Part shown: one piece after another, positions 27,975-37,263 of the stretch
Layout of the letters: each line of letters starts with the position of its first letter
How positions within the stretch are numbered: the first letter of the stretch is position 1
Source: Desulfobacterales bacterium
GTDB taxonomy: Bacteria; Desulfobacterota; Desulfobacteria; Desulfobacterales; UBA2174
Direction of reading: 5' to 3'
DNA: 64,000 nt
Assembly: GCA_963668645.2 (NCBI GenBank)
Contig: CAXXWC010000003.1
Coordinates: forward strand, 288,001-352,000
Made by a program: the position numbers and the translations under genes
Notes under the pieces: model-generated
The model's input: only the letters and a program-made list of their open reading frames with translations
Databases searched by the model: none
What the model was told of the DNA's origin: nothing

Positions 27975-29300
27975 ATGAAAATATACACCTACCCTTCCCG
28001 CCAGGCCGCGACGCGCCTCAAGGCCATCGTCTCGCGGACCATCGAATTTCGCAAAAAGGATATTGAAACGGTGCGCCGCATCGTCGAAGACGTTCGACGC
28101 CATGGAGATGGGGCCCTGATCGGGTATGTAAACCGCTTCGATGCACCGCACCTGACCATTTCCGACCTGAAGGTTTCCCGCAAGCAAATGGCCGAGGCTG
28201 CAGGCCAGGTAGACGCGGATTTCCTGCAGGCCATGGAGCGGGCCTGCACCCAGATCGAAGCCTTCCACCGCCACCAGGCCCCGCGCAGTTGGGTCGATAC
28301 CCCCCGCCCGGGCACCTTTCTCGGGCAGCTTGTACATCCGGTGGATGCCGCCGGGGTTTACGTGCCCGGGGGCAAGGCCGGGGGGACACCTCTGGTCTCA
28401 TCGGTGCTCATGGGAGCCGTTCCGGCCAGTATCGCCGGCGTCCAGCGCATCGTGATGGCCACCCCCCCCATGGCCGACGGCCGCATCGATCCACACCTGC
28501 TGGCGGCCGCGGACCGGGTCGGGGTCAACGAGGTTTATCGCATCGGCAGCGCCTGGGCCATCGCAGCCCTGGCATACGGCACCGAAACCATCCAACCGGT
28601 CGATACCATCGTAGGTCCTGGAAATGTCTACGTGACGCTGGCCAAGAAGCTGGTCTCCGGCACGGTGGGGATCGATATGCTCGCCGGACCGAGTGAAATT
28701 TTGGTGATCGCCGACAGCTCCGCCGATCCCCGGGCCGCAGCCGCCGATCTGCTCAGCCAGGCGGAGCACGATCCGCTGGCATCAGCGGTGATGCTCACCG
28801 ACGATGCCTCGATGGCCCGGCAGGTCTGTGACGGCCTCTACCACCAGTTGGAGCGCTTGTCCCGGCGCGAGATCGCCGCCGCGTCCCTGAAACGCTTCGG
28901 CGCCATCATCGTCGTGCCGGATATGGACACGGCGTTGGATCTGGCCAACCGCATCGCGCCGGAACATCTCGAACTGCTGGTGGCCGAACCGTTTTCGTAC
29001 CTGGGCCGGATCCGCAACGCCGGGGCGGTGTTTCTCGGTCCCTACACCCCGGAACCGGTGGGCGACTACATCGCCGGGCCCAACCACGTGCTGCCCACCG
29101 CCGGTACGGCCCGCTTTTCCTCGGCCCTTTCGGTGGACCATTTTCTCAAGCGCACCAGCGTGCTCCACTATGATCGCAGCGCCTTTACCCGCGAGGCTGA
29201 AGACATTCTGCGTCTGGCCGGCATCGAAGGGCTCGACGCCCATGCCAATGCGGTGCGCCTGAGACTGAAGGAGATAAGGAAAACAGCAGGAGATCCATGA
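27975..29300 (+). CDS. hisD: Histidinol dehydrogenase
   Basis: YVPGG, GPGNVYV, IDMLAGPSE, LSQAEHD, APEHLEL, GPNHVLPT. Confidence 0.97.
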   Translation: MKIYTYPSRQAATRLKAIVSRTIEFRKKDIETVRRIVEDVRRHGDGALIGYVNRFDAPHLTISDLKVSRKQMAEAAGQVDADFLQAMERACTQIEAFHRHQAPRSWVDTPRPGTFLGQLVHPVDAAGVYVPGGKAGGTPLVSSVLMGAVPASIAGVQRIVMATPPMADGRIDPHLLAAADRVGVNEVYRIGSAWAIAALAYGTETIQPVDTIVGPGNVYVTLAKKLVSGTVGIDMLAGPSEILVIADSSADPRAAAADLLSQAEHDPLASAVMLTDDASMARQVCDGLYHQLERLSRREIAAASLKRFGAIIVVPDMDTALDLANRIAPEHLELLVAEPFSYLGRIRNAGAVFLGPYTPEPVGDYIAGPNHVLPTAGTARFSSALSVDHFLKRTSVLHYDRSAFTREAEDILRLAGIEGLDAHANAVRLRLKEIRKTAGDP

Positions 29301-30460
29301 ACCCTTCCGACTGGACCGTCCTAGTGGTCGATGACGAGCCCGATATCCGTGAGGTGCTGTCCCTCTCGCTGGAGGACGCCGGTTATCAGGTGGTGACGGC
29401 CGGCGACGGGTACCTGGGCCTGGAGATGTGCCGCCAGGCCCACCCTCAAATCGTGCTCACGGACGTGCGCATGCCGAACATGGACGGCATCGCGCTGCTC
29501 GAAGCGGTCAAGGCCTTTGATGCCACCATCGAAGTGATCGTGGTAACCGCCTACGGCGAAATGGATATGGCCATCGCCGCCCTGCGCCGGGATGCCTCGG
29601 ACTTCATTACCAAACCGGTCAACCACGAGGCCCTTCATCTCGCCCTGGGCCGGGCGGCCGACAGGTCGCTGGCGCGGCGCCGGCTGGCCGAGTACACCGC
29701 CTCCCTGGAACGCGACATCGTCGATCAGGCGCGCATCCTGCACCAGGACAAGATGATGTCCCTGGGCCGGCTGGCGGCCAGCGTGGTCCATGAAATCAAC
29801 AATCCCCTGGCCGGCGTTCTCAACTATGCGCGCCTGATGCTCAAAATCCTCGATCGGGGAGCGTTGACGGCCGAGGCCCAGCAGCGCTTCCGTGAATATC
29901 TGAACCTTGTGGCCCGCGAAACCGACCGCTGCAGCCGCATCGTATCCGGGCTGCTCGCCTTTTCGCGCAAAACAGCGCCCTGCTTCGAAGCCGTAGATCT
30001 GACGGATCTGGTCGAACGCTGCGTCAAACTGAGCCGGCACAAGCTCGAGCTTTCCAATATCCGCCTGGCGGTGAAAATCGAGAACCAGCTGCCGGTGGTG
30101 CATGGCGATTTCAACCAGCTCCAGCAGTGCCTGATCAACCTGATCTTCAACGCCATCGATGCCATGCCCCAAGGCGGTGATCTGTTTATTGGCGCGGCAC
30201 CCGGGCCGACGCCCGGGTGGGTGACCATCGCAGTGCACGACACGGGCTGCGGCATCGCGCAGGATGACCGCCCGCGGCTGTTTGAGCCGTTTTTCACTAC
30301 CAAGGAGGAGGGCTGCGGTACCGGACTCGGCCTGTCGACGGCCTACGGAATCTTGCAACGGCACGGCGGCCGCATCGAGGTGGACAGCAAGCCGGGCAAG
30401 GGCGCGACCTTCACGTTGGTGCTGCCGGAAAACGGAGGCAAGCCCGAAATGAACACGTAA
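29297..30460 (+). CDS. Hybrid receiver-histidine kinase
   Basis: REC (VDDE, TDVRMP, TAY, TKP) plus HisKA HEINNP and HATPase (NAIDA, DTGCG, GTGLGL). Confidence 0.93.
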   Translation: MNPSDWTVLVVDDEPDIREVLSLSLEDAGYQVVTAGDGYLGLEMCRQAHPQIVLTDVRMPNMDGIALLEAVKAFDATIEVIVVTAYGEMDMAIAALRRDASDFITKPVNHEALHLALGRAADRSLARRRLAEYTASLERDIVDQARILHQDKMMSLGRLAASVVHEINNPLAGVLNYARLMLKILDRGALTAEAQQRFREYLNLVARETDRCSRIVSGLLAFSRKTAPCFEAVDLTDLVERCVKLSRHKLELSNIRLAVKIENQLPVVHGDFNQLQQCLINLIFNAIDAMPQGGDLFIGAAPGPTPGWVTIAVHDTGCGIAQDDRPRLFEPFFTTKEEGCGTGLGLSTAYGILQRHGGRIEVDSKPGKGATFTLVLPENGGKPEMNT

Positions 30461-30684
30461 GCCCCAGGCCCAGGGCGTTGCCGAAAAGTATGTTGAAAAG
30501 ACGTCTGGCTCAATGCCAGGAAGCTTCGTGGGCTAACGGAGGCGTGGATTCGACAGATCGATGATACCATCGGGTATCTGCTCACCGGCATCCGGGGACA
30601 ATAGTCATCACCGGGACCAGCGACCGGTTGCGATGATTGGATGCTTGCCGGCTAGAACACATTTTTCATGACGACTCTGAGCAA

Positions 30685-32418
30685 ATGGTTTCCGAAACCG
30701 TTATCGGCATCGACGACAGCGTCGTCCTGAGCTGGCAGTGGCTCGACCTGCTCGACCGGCTCAACATCGGCGCCTTCACCGTGGACCTGCAGCGGCGCAT
30801 CACCGCCATCAACCTTTCGGCGCGCACCCTGATGGGCCTCGAAGGTATCGAGTTGATCGGCCGCGAATGCATCGAAGTGTTTATCGGCGTCCCCTGCCTG
30901 ATGCGCTGCCTGCCGCTGGACGAGGAATGTCCCGAGGTAGAAAACCTGCGTCTCGAGATTCCCGAAGACCGCCGCGAGTTCGTGATCCGTCTCTCCACAC
31001 CGATCTACGGGCTGGACCGGCGTATGGTCGGCTGCCTGACCCTGCTCCACGATCATTCACCGCTGGCGGATTTGATCAACCGCATCGATTACGAAGAACG
31101 CAGCCTCAAACTCATCCTCGAAAACCTCGACGTGGGGATTTTTACCGTCAACCGGGGGGGCCACATCACCTTTTTCAACAAAGCTGCCGAACAGCTCACC
31201 GGCTACGACCGGCGCGAGGTGCTTGGAAAATCGTCTTTCGCCATCTTCGGAGACGATACCCTCAGGGCACTGGACGAACTGCGTGGGTCTTTGGCCAGGG
31301 GGCACCAGCGAAGCTCGATCAAGGCGCACCTGACCGGGCGCGACGGGGAAAAGATACCGGTACGGGCCGACTACATCCCGCTGAAAAACGAACAGAACCG
31401 GGTCATCGGCGGCCTGGCCACCCTTCACGATCTGACCCTGGTGCAGCAACTCGACGCGGTGATCAGCGAACGCTACACATTTCGCAACATGATCGGCCGC
31501 GATCCTTCCATGCAGCGCATCTTCGAGATGGCCCGGGTCGTGGCCGAGTCGGATGTCACCGTGCTGATCGAAGGGGCCACCGGCACGGGTAAGGATCTTC
31601 TGGCCAAAGTGATCCACTCGTCGAGCCGCCGGGCCGAGAAACCCTTTGTCAAGGTCAACTGCGCTGCAGTGCCTGAAAATCTGCTCGAATCGGAATTTTT
31701 CGGTTATGTGAAGGGGGCCTTCACCGGTGCGGAGCGCAACAAGCCGGGGCGCTTCCAGCTGGCCGACGGCGGCACGATTTTTCTCGACGAAATCGGCGAT
31801 CTGCCCCTTGCGCTTCAAGCCAAGCTGCTGCGGGTAATCGAGGAGCGCGAATTTTATCCCCTGGGAAGCCGGCAGACCGTACGGGTGGATGTGCGCATCC
31901 TCTCGGCCACCAACCAGGGCCTGGAGCGGCTGGTGGCCGCCGGACGGTTCCGCGAAGACCTCTACTACCGGCTCAATGTCATGCGCATCGAGCTGCCCCG
32001 CCTCGCAGAACGCCGGCCGGATATCCCCCTGCTGATCCGCAGCATCCTGCGGCGTTTGGTGGCGGTCCATGCCAGCCGCACCCGGCGCATCTCCCAGGAT
32101 GCCATCGAAGTTATGCTCAACTACGACTACCCCGGCAATGTCAGGGAATTGGAAAACATCCTGGAACACGCCCTGATCGTCTGCCGTGAGGATACCATCG
32201 GACCCCAGCACCTGCCCGAGTATGTCTACCGGCGCGGCTTGCCGGCGCCCACCGCGCCACCCGGCGCCATTGCCCGCCAGGGGGTGGATGCGAGCGAAGC
32301 GGATCGGATCCGCGCAGCCCTGGACCGCCGCAATGGACACCGCAGGCAGGCGGCCCGGGATCTGGGAATCGATCGGACCACCCTATGGCGCAGGATGAAA
32401 CGTCTGGGGATACTTTAA
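30685..32418 (+). CDS. PAS-PAS sigma54-dependent activator; first PAS has C-X8-C-X3-C
   Basis: GATGTGKD, GAFTGA, LDEIG, Fis-type HTH GIDRTTLWRRMK. Confidence 0.92.
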   Translation: MVSETVIGIDDSVVLSWQWLDLLDRLNIGAFTVDLQRRITAINLSARTLMGLEGIELIGRECIEVFIGVPCLMRCLPLDEECPEVENLRLEIPEDRREFVIRLSTPIYGLDRRMVGCLTLLHDHSPLADLINRIDYEERSLKLILENLDVGIFTVNRGGHITFFNKAAEQLTGYDRREVLGKSSFAIFGDDTLRALDELRGSLARGHQRSSIKAHLTGRDGEKIPVRADYIPLKNEQNRVIGGLATLHDLTLVQQLDAVISERYTFRNMIGRDPSMQRIFEMARVVAESDVTVLIEGATGTGKDLLAKVIHSSSRRAEKPFVKVNCAAVPENLLESEFFGYVKGAFTGAERNKPGRFQLADGGTIFLDEIGDLPLALQAKLLRVIEEREFYPLGSRQTVRVDVRILSATNQGLERLVAAGRFREDLYYRLNVMRIELPRLAERRPDIPLLIRSILRRLVAVHASRTRRISQDAIEVMLNYDYPGNVRELENILEHALIVCREDTIGPQHLPEYVYRRGLPAPTAPPGAIARQGVDASEADRIRAALDRRNGHRRQAARDLGIDRTTLWRRMKRLGIL

Positions 32419-32425
32419 AGTGATT

Positions 32426-32461
32426 GCAACGTGTTGCGCAACACGTTGCGCAACACGTTGC
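32426..32461. repeat. 24-bp perfect palindrome plus tandem 12-mer; probable enhancer-binding site
   Basis: GCAACGTGTTGC|GCAACACGTTGC|GCAACACGTTGC. Confidence 0.75.
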
Positions 32462-32628
32462 AACAACATATCAATTTGATTTCAAAGCTAAAATACACAC
32501 CAATCCTACCAAGAAACCGTCGCTCCGGCCCCTACCAAAGCGCAACTCGGGGGCCGGCGCCTTCCAGCCAACGCCAGACACCAGTTTAACACACTGATAT
32601 CAAATCATATTTTTATATATCAGAGTTC

Positions 32629-32644
32629 TGGCACGATAACTGCT
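32629..32644 (+). promoter_or_regulatory. sigma54 promoter of the hdr operon
   Basis: TGGCAC-GATAA-CTGCT (GG-N10-GC), with an AT-rich IHF-like tract at 32595-32622. Confidence 0.8.
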
Positions 32645-32801
32645 GCAAAGGCCCCCATAGCCTTCGAAGCACGCCAACGCCGAATATTTAGAGTAGCTCC
32701 AGCGATGCATGAAAGCGGCTGTTTGGTTGCCGGAACGCTTGCGTGTCCGGAATACACTTGCAGCGGGCCGCCCCATGGCCTGCCCCTGATCCGGAAGGAC
32801 C

Positions 32802-33335
32802 ATGCCTTTGGATCCAAGGCGCCACCCCATCCTGATCGTAGACGATGACCCCGACATGCAGGTCTTTGTGGCTACCGTGCTTGCCGAGGGTGGTTTTCTG
32901 CCGTGCTCGGCAAGCGCAGAGGACGCCTTGCAGCTGGCGCGGACCATCAAGCCGGCCCTGATCGTCTTGGGCGCGCCGATTCACTGCTCCAGCGGCGACG
33001 ATTTCTATCATCTGTTGCGCACCGATCCGGTTTTAAACCTTGTTCCGGTGATCCTGCTGTCCACCATTCCGCGCAAAAGCTATCTCCATTACCAGCGCAT
33101 GCAGGAAAGCCGGAAAAGCCAGCCCTTGCCGGAGCCGGACGACTTTCTGGTCAAGCCCCCTGAGGCGGAAGAATTGCTGCGTCGAGTCGCGCGGCTGACC
33201 GAGGCGGTACCCGCGCTTAACGCCACCCAGGGCCAAGACCGTACCGACGGTCGAAGGACACCAGCGCGCCGACACCTGGTGGATCAGCGGACTCTTGCCA
33301 AACCGCCCCAGGGAAGCCTCGGCCCCCGAGGATAG
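32802..33335 (+). CDS. Single-domain pseudo-receiver (phosphoacceptor Asp replaced by Gly)
   Basis: ILIVDDD...PALIVLGAPI...FLVKPP. Confidence 0.75.
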   Translation: MPLDPRRHPILIVDDDPDMQVFVATVLAEGGFLPCSASAEDALQLARTIKPALIVLGAPIHCSSGDDFYHLLRTDPVLNLVPVILLSTIPRKSYLHYQRMQESRKSQPLPEPDDFLVKPPEAEELLRRVARLTEAVPALNATQGQDRTDGRRTPARRHLVDQRTLAKPPQGSLGPRG

Positions 33336-33369
33336 GCCGATCCGGGCCAAACGGCACCAAGGAGGATTT

Positions 33370-36300
33370 ATGGCGGTTCGTATCGGGTTTTACATCTGCC
33401 ATTGCGGCATCAACATCGCTTACCGGGTGCGGGTCGAAGAAGTGGCGGCTTTCGCCCGCCGCCTGCCCAGGGTGGTGGTGGCCCGGGACTACAAGTTCAT
33501 GTGCTCGGACCCGGGCCAGGCGATGATCGAAAAAGACATCGCCGAAATGGGCCTCACCCGGGTAGTAGTGGCCTCCTGCTCTCCGCGGCTCCACGGCAAA
33601 ACCTTCATGGGGGCGTGCCAGCGCGCCGGGCTGAACCCTTATTTTTTCCAAATGGCCTCTGTGCGCGAACAGGTCTCCTGGGTTACGGCCGACCCGGACG
33701 AGGCCACCGACAAGGCCAAGAGTCTGGTGGCGGCCGCCATCCACCGGGTCAACTACCACGAACAGCTCCACGGCCGGCAGGCCCCGGTGCATCCGGACAT
33801 GCTGGTGGTCGGCGGCGGGATCGCCGGGATGCAGGCCGCCCTGGACATCGCCGAGTCGGGCCACAAGGTCTACCTTGTGGAACGCGACACGACCATCGGC
33901 GGCCACATGCTCCAGTTCGACAAGACCTTTCCCACCCTGGACTGCGCCGCGTGCATCGGCACACCCAAGATGGTCGAGGTGGCGCAGAATCCGAACATCG
34001 AGCTGCTCACTTTCAGCGAAGTCGAGGAGGTCAGCGGCTTTATCGGCAATTTCACCGTGCGCATCAAGCGCAGGCCGCGCTATGTCAAGGAAGGGGTCTG
34101 CACCGGGTGCGGCGAATGCGCCAAGGTCTGCCCGGTGACCATTCCCAACGCATGGGACGTGGGCCTGGGCACCCGCCAGGCCATCGGCCGCACTTTTCCC
34201 CAGGCGATACCCATCACCTTCAACATCGAAAAAAAGGATCGGGCCCCCTGTACGACGGCATGCCCGGCAGGGATCAACGTCCAAGGCTATGTTCAGTTGA
34301 TCAAACAGGGCCGCTGCGATGAGGCCATCGACCTGATCCGCCAGCGCCTGCCCCTGCCCGGGGTCCTGGGCAGGGTCTGCCCCCATCCTTGCGAATCCGC
34401 CTGCCGGCGCGCTGAGATCGACAGCGCGGTGGCCATCCGGGACCTGAAACGCTTTGCCGCCGACCAGGTGCGCGGCCGGAGGCCGGCACCGCCGCCCATC
34501 GAAGAGCGGACCGAGCGGATCGCCGTGGTCGGATCGGGTCCGGCCGGTCTCACCGCGGCGTATTACCTGCGCCTGAAAGGATACCATGTCACGATCTTCG
34601 AGGCTCTCGACAAGCTGGGCGGAATGCTTCGGGTCGGGATCCCCGACTACCGTCTGCCTCCTGAGGTCCTCGACGAGGAGATCGATCAAATCGTGAACCT
34701 GGGCGTCGAAGTGCGCACCGGCTGCCTTCTGGGGGAGGATTTTACCCTGGCCGAACTCAAGACGGAGGGTTTTGCGGCGGTGTTTCTCGGCATCGGGGCC
34801 CATGCCTCGCTGCGGCTCAACATCCCCGGGGAAGAGGACGGCGACGGGGTGGTGGACGCCATCCGCTTTTTGCGCGAGGTCAACCTGGGCAGCCGCCACC
34901 TGCCCGGCCGCCGCGTGGTGGTGGTGGGCGGCGGCAACGTGGCCATCGACGCTGCCCGCACAGCCCGGCGCCTCGGGGCCGAGTCGATCACCGTGGTCTA
35001 CCGGCGCAGCCGGCGCGAGATGCCGGCCTACGCCGAGGAGATCACCGGAGCGATCGAAGAAAAAATCGCCTTTGAATATCTCACCGCCCCGGTCCGAGTG
35101 GTCCTCGGAGACGGCCGGGTAACCGGATTCGAATGCATCCGCACCGAGCTGGGCCCGGCGGACGCCTCGGGCCGGCGGCGGCCGGTGCCGGTCAAGGGTT
35201 CGGAGTTCGTCATTGCCTGCGATTGCGTGATTCCGGCCATCGGCCAGACCACCGACACCCGCTGGGCCGAGAGGATAGACGACCTGGCCTGGTCTTCGCG
35301 GCACACCCTGAGAGTGGACCCGGCCACCATGCAGACCTCCATTCCCTGGGTGTTCGCCGCCGGGGACGCCGTCAGCGGCCCGGCCACGGTGATCGAGGCC
35401 GTAAGTGCTGCCCACCGGGCCGTTACAGCCATAGAGGGCTTCGTCGCCGGCCAGGATCTGTCCGCCGAGATCCGTGAAGCGCCGCCAACCCCGGGACAGG
35501 ACTGGGCGCCACTTCCGGTGGATGTCGAACCCCGGACCCGGGCTGCGGCGGCCCATCTCCAGGCGGACATGCGCGCCACGGACTTCCAGGAAGTCGAGCT
35601 GCCTTTTGAAGAGGACTCGGCCCGCCGGGAGGCCGAACGCTGCCTGAACTGCGGGGTCTGCTGCGAGTGCATGGCCTGCGTGGCAGCCTGCGAGGCCAAG
35701 GCCATCGACCACGACATGCCGCCCACCGAACGCACCGTCCAAGTGGGCAGCATCATCCTGGCCACCGGCTATGATATTCTGGACCCCACCTGCCTGCACC
35801 CCTACGGATACGGCCGCTATGCCAACGTCTTTACGGCCCTGGAATTCGAACGGCTCAGCAACGCCACCGGCCCCACCGGAGGCAGGATCCTTACACGGGA
35901 TGCTTCCGGCACCTTCGGCCCGCCGCCGCGCAGCGTGGCCCTGCTCCACTGCATCGGCAGCCGCGACGACCGCTACCATCCCTACTGCAGCCGGGTCTGC
36001 TGCATGTACGCCCTCAAGTACAGCCACCTGATCAAGGAAAAGGTGGGCCACGACACCCCGGTCTATGACTTTTACATCGACATGCGCTGCTTCGGCGAGG
36101 GCTACGAGGAATTTTTCCGCCGCTGCCAGGAGGAAGGAACGATCTTCATCCGCGGCAAGGTGGCCGAGATCCGCCAGCAAGCCGGCACCGGGGGGCAACC
36201 GCCGCAGTTGGTGTGCATCGGCGAAGACACCCTGCTGGGGCGCAGGGTCGAGGTGCCGGTGGAGATGGTGGTGCTGTGCAGCGCCATCCAGGCCCGGGCC

Positions 36301-36774
36301 GACGCCGGTCAGGTGGGCCGCATCTTCGGGGTCAACCAGGGCGCTGACGGCTTCTTTCTCGAGGAGCATCCCAAGCTGGCGCCGTTGAACACCGCCACCG
36401 ACGGGATCTTTCTGGCCGGCTGCTGCCAGAAACCGATGGACATCCCCGATACCGTCTCCCAGGCCTCGGGTGCCGCGGCAAAGGCCCTGTCCCTGGCCAC
36501 CCGCGGCAAGGTGGAAGTGCCGCCGACGATTTCCTGGATCGATCCGGACGTGTGCATCGGCTGCCAGGTCTGTATCGGACTGTGCCCGTATACGGCCATC
36601 GAGTTCGATGCGCGCCGGGCCGTCTCGGTGGTCAACAGCGCCCTTTGCAAGGGATGCGGCAGTTGCAGCGCCTTTTGCCCCAGCGGTGCGGCCCGCAGCG
36701 AGCACTTCAAGCCCCGGCAGATTTTTGCCGAAATCGACGGCATCATCGATGCCATTCACGCCATCGGCCGATAG
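33370..36774 (+). CDS. hdrA: Heterodisulfide reductase A-like flavoprotein with inserted GltD-like NAD(P)H module (HdrL type)
   Basis: YICHCG, VASCSP, GGGIAG, DKTFPTLDCAAC; insert GRVCPHPCE, GSGPAG, GGGNVAID; CSRVCCMY; C-terminal 2x[4Fe-4S]; GGAGG RBS. Confidence 0.93.
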   Translation: MAVRIGFYICHCGINIAYRVRVEEVAAFARRLPRVVVARDYKFMCSDPGQAMIEKDIAEMGLTRVVVASCSPRLHGKTFMGACQRAGLNPYFFQMASVREQVSWVTADPDEATDKAKSLVAAAIHRVNYHEQLHGRQAPVHPDMLVVGGGIAGMQAALDIAESGHKVYLVERDTTIGGHMLQFDKTFPTLDCAACIGTPKMVEVAQNPNIELLTFSEVEEVSGFIGNFTVRIKRRPRYVKEGVCTGCGECAKVCPVTIPNAWDVGLGTRQAIGRTFPQAIPITFNIEKKDRAPCTTACPAGINVQGYVQLIKQGRCDEAIDLIRQRLPLPGVLGRVCPHPCESACRRAEIDSAVAIRDLKRFAADQVRGRRPAPPPIEERTERIAVVGSGPAGLTAAYYLRLKGYHVTIFEALDKLGGMLRVGIPDYRLPPEVLDEEIDQIVNLGVEVRTGCLLGEDFTLAELKTEGFAAVFLGIGAHASLRLNIPGEEDGDGVVDAIRFLREVNLGSRHLPGRRVVVVGGGNVAIDAARTARRLGAESITVVYRRSRREMPAYAEEITGAIEEKIAFEYLTAPVRVVLGDGRVTGFECIRTELGPADASGRRRPVPVKGSEFVIACDCVIPAIGQTTDTRWAERIDDLAWSSRHTLRVDPATMQTSIPWVFAAGDAVSGPATVIEAVSAAHRAVTAIEGFVAGQDLSAEIREAPPTPGQDWAPLPVDVEPRTRAAAAHLQADMRATDFQEVELPFEEDSARREAERCLNCGVCCECMACVAACEAKAIDHDMPPTERTVQVGSIILATGYDILDPTCLHPYGYGRYANVFTALEFERLSNATGPTGGRILTRDASGTFGPPPRSVALLHCIGSRDDRYHPYCSRVCCMYALKYSHLIKEKVGHDTPVYDFYIDMRCFGEGYEEFFRRCQEEGTIFIRGKVAEIRQQAGTGGQPPQLVCIGEDTLLGRRVEVPVEMVVLCSAIQARADAGQVGRIFGVNQGADGFFLEEHPKLAPLNTATDGIFLAGCCQKPMDIPDTVSQASGAAAKALSLATRGKVEVPPTISWIDPDVCIGCQVCIGLCPYTAIEFDARRAVSVVNSALCKGCGSCSAFCPSGAARSEHFKPRQIFAEIDGIIDAIHAIGR

Positions 36775-36819
36775 AGAGCACTTCAAATCTCAAATTTGAA
36801 GTGCCCGGAGGGACAGTAG

Positions 36820-37242
36820 ATGAACGCTTTCGAACCGAGCATCATCGCCTTTGTCTGCAACTGGTGCACCTACACGGCGGCCGACCTGGCCGGCACCTCG
36901 CGCCAGGGCTACCCGCCCAACGTGCGCCTGATCCGGGTCATGTGCACCGGCATGGTCGATCCCCAGTACGTACTCAAGGCTCTGCTGGAAGGGGCCGACG
37001 GGGTGCTGATCAGCGGCTGCCACCCGGGTGACTGCCATTACATCAACGGCAATTACAAGGCCCGGCGCCGCATCAAGCTGCTAAAAGCCCTGCTGCCCCA
37101 GTTCGGTTTCGCCCCCCAGCGGCTGCGCCTGACCTGGATCGGGGCCAGCGATGGGATCGAATTCGCCCATGTGATGCAGGAACTGGTCGAACAGGTACGG
37201 GAACTGGGGCCCAGCGAGGCCAAGACAAAGATGGTTATCTAG
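36820..37242 (+). CDS. mvhD: MvhD/FlxD [2Fe-2S] subunit
   Basis: FVCNWCTY.AADLAG, RVMCTG, GCHPGDCHY..GN. Confidence 0.95.
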   Translation: MNAFEPSIIAFVCNWCTYTAADLAGTSRQGYPPNVRLIRVMCTGMVDPQYVLKALLEGADGVLISGCHPGDCHYINGNYKARRRIKLLKALLPQFGFAPQRLRLTWIGASDGIEFAHVMQELVEQVRELGPSEAKTKMVI

Positions 37243-37263
37243 AAAAATCAGGAGGTCCGCTTC

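Noticed and set aside
33217..36786. 1189-aa antisense ORF over hdrA, and similar long shadow ORFs (3197-5551, 22793-24964, 38319-40121, 60706-63036)
   Set aside because: Antisense mirror frames typical of high-GC codon bias; no recognisable motifs; the opposite strand has clear genes.
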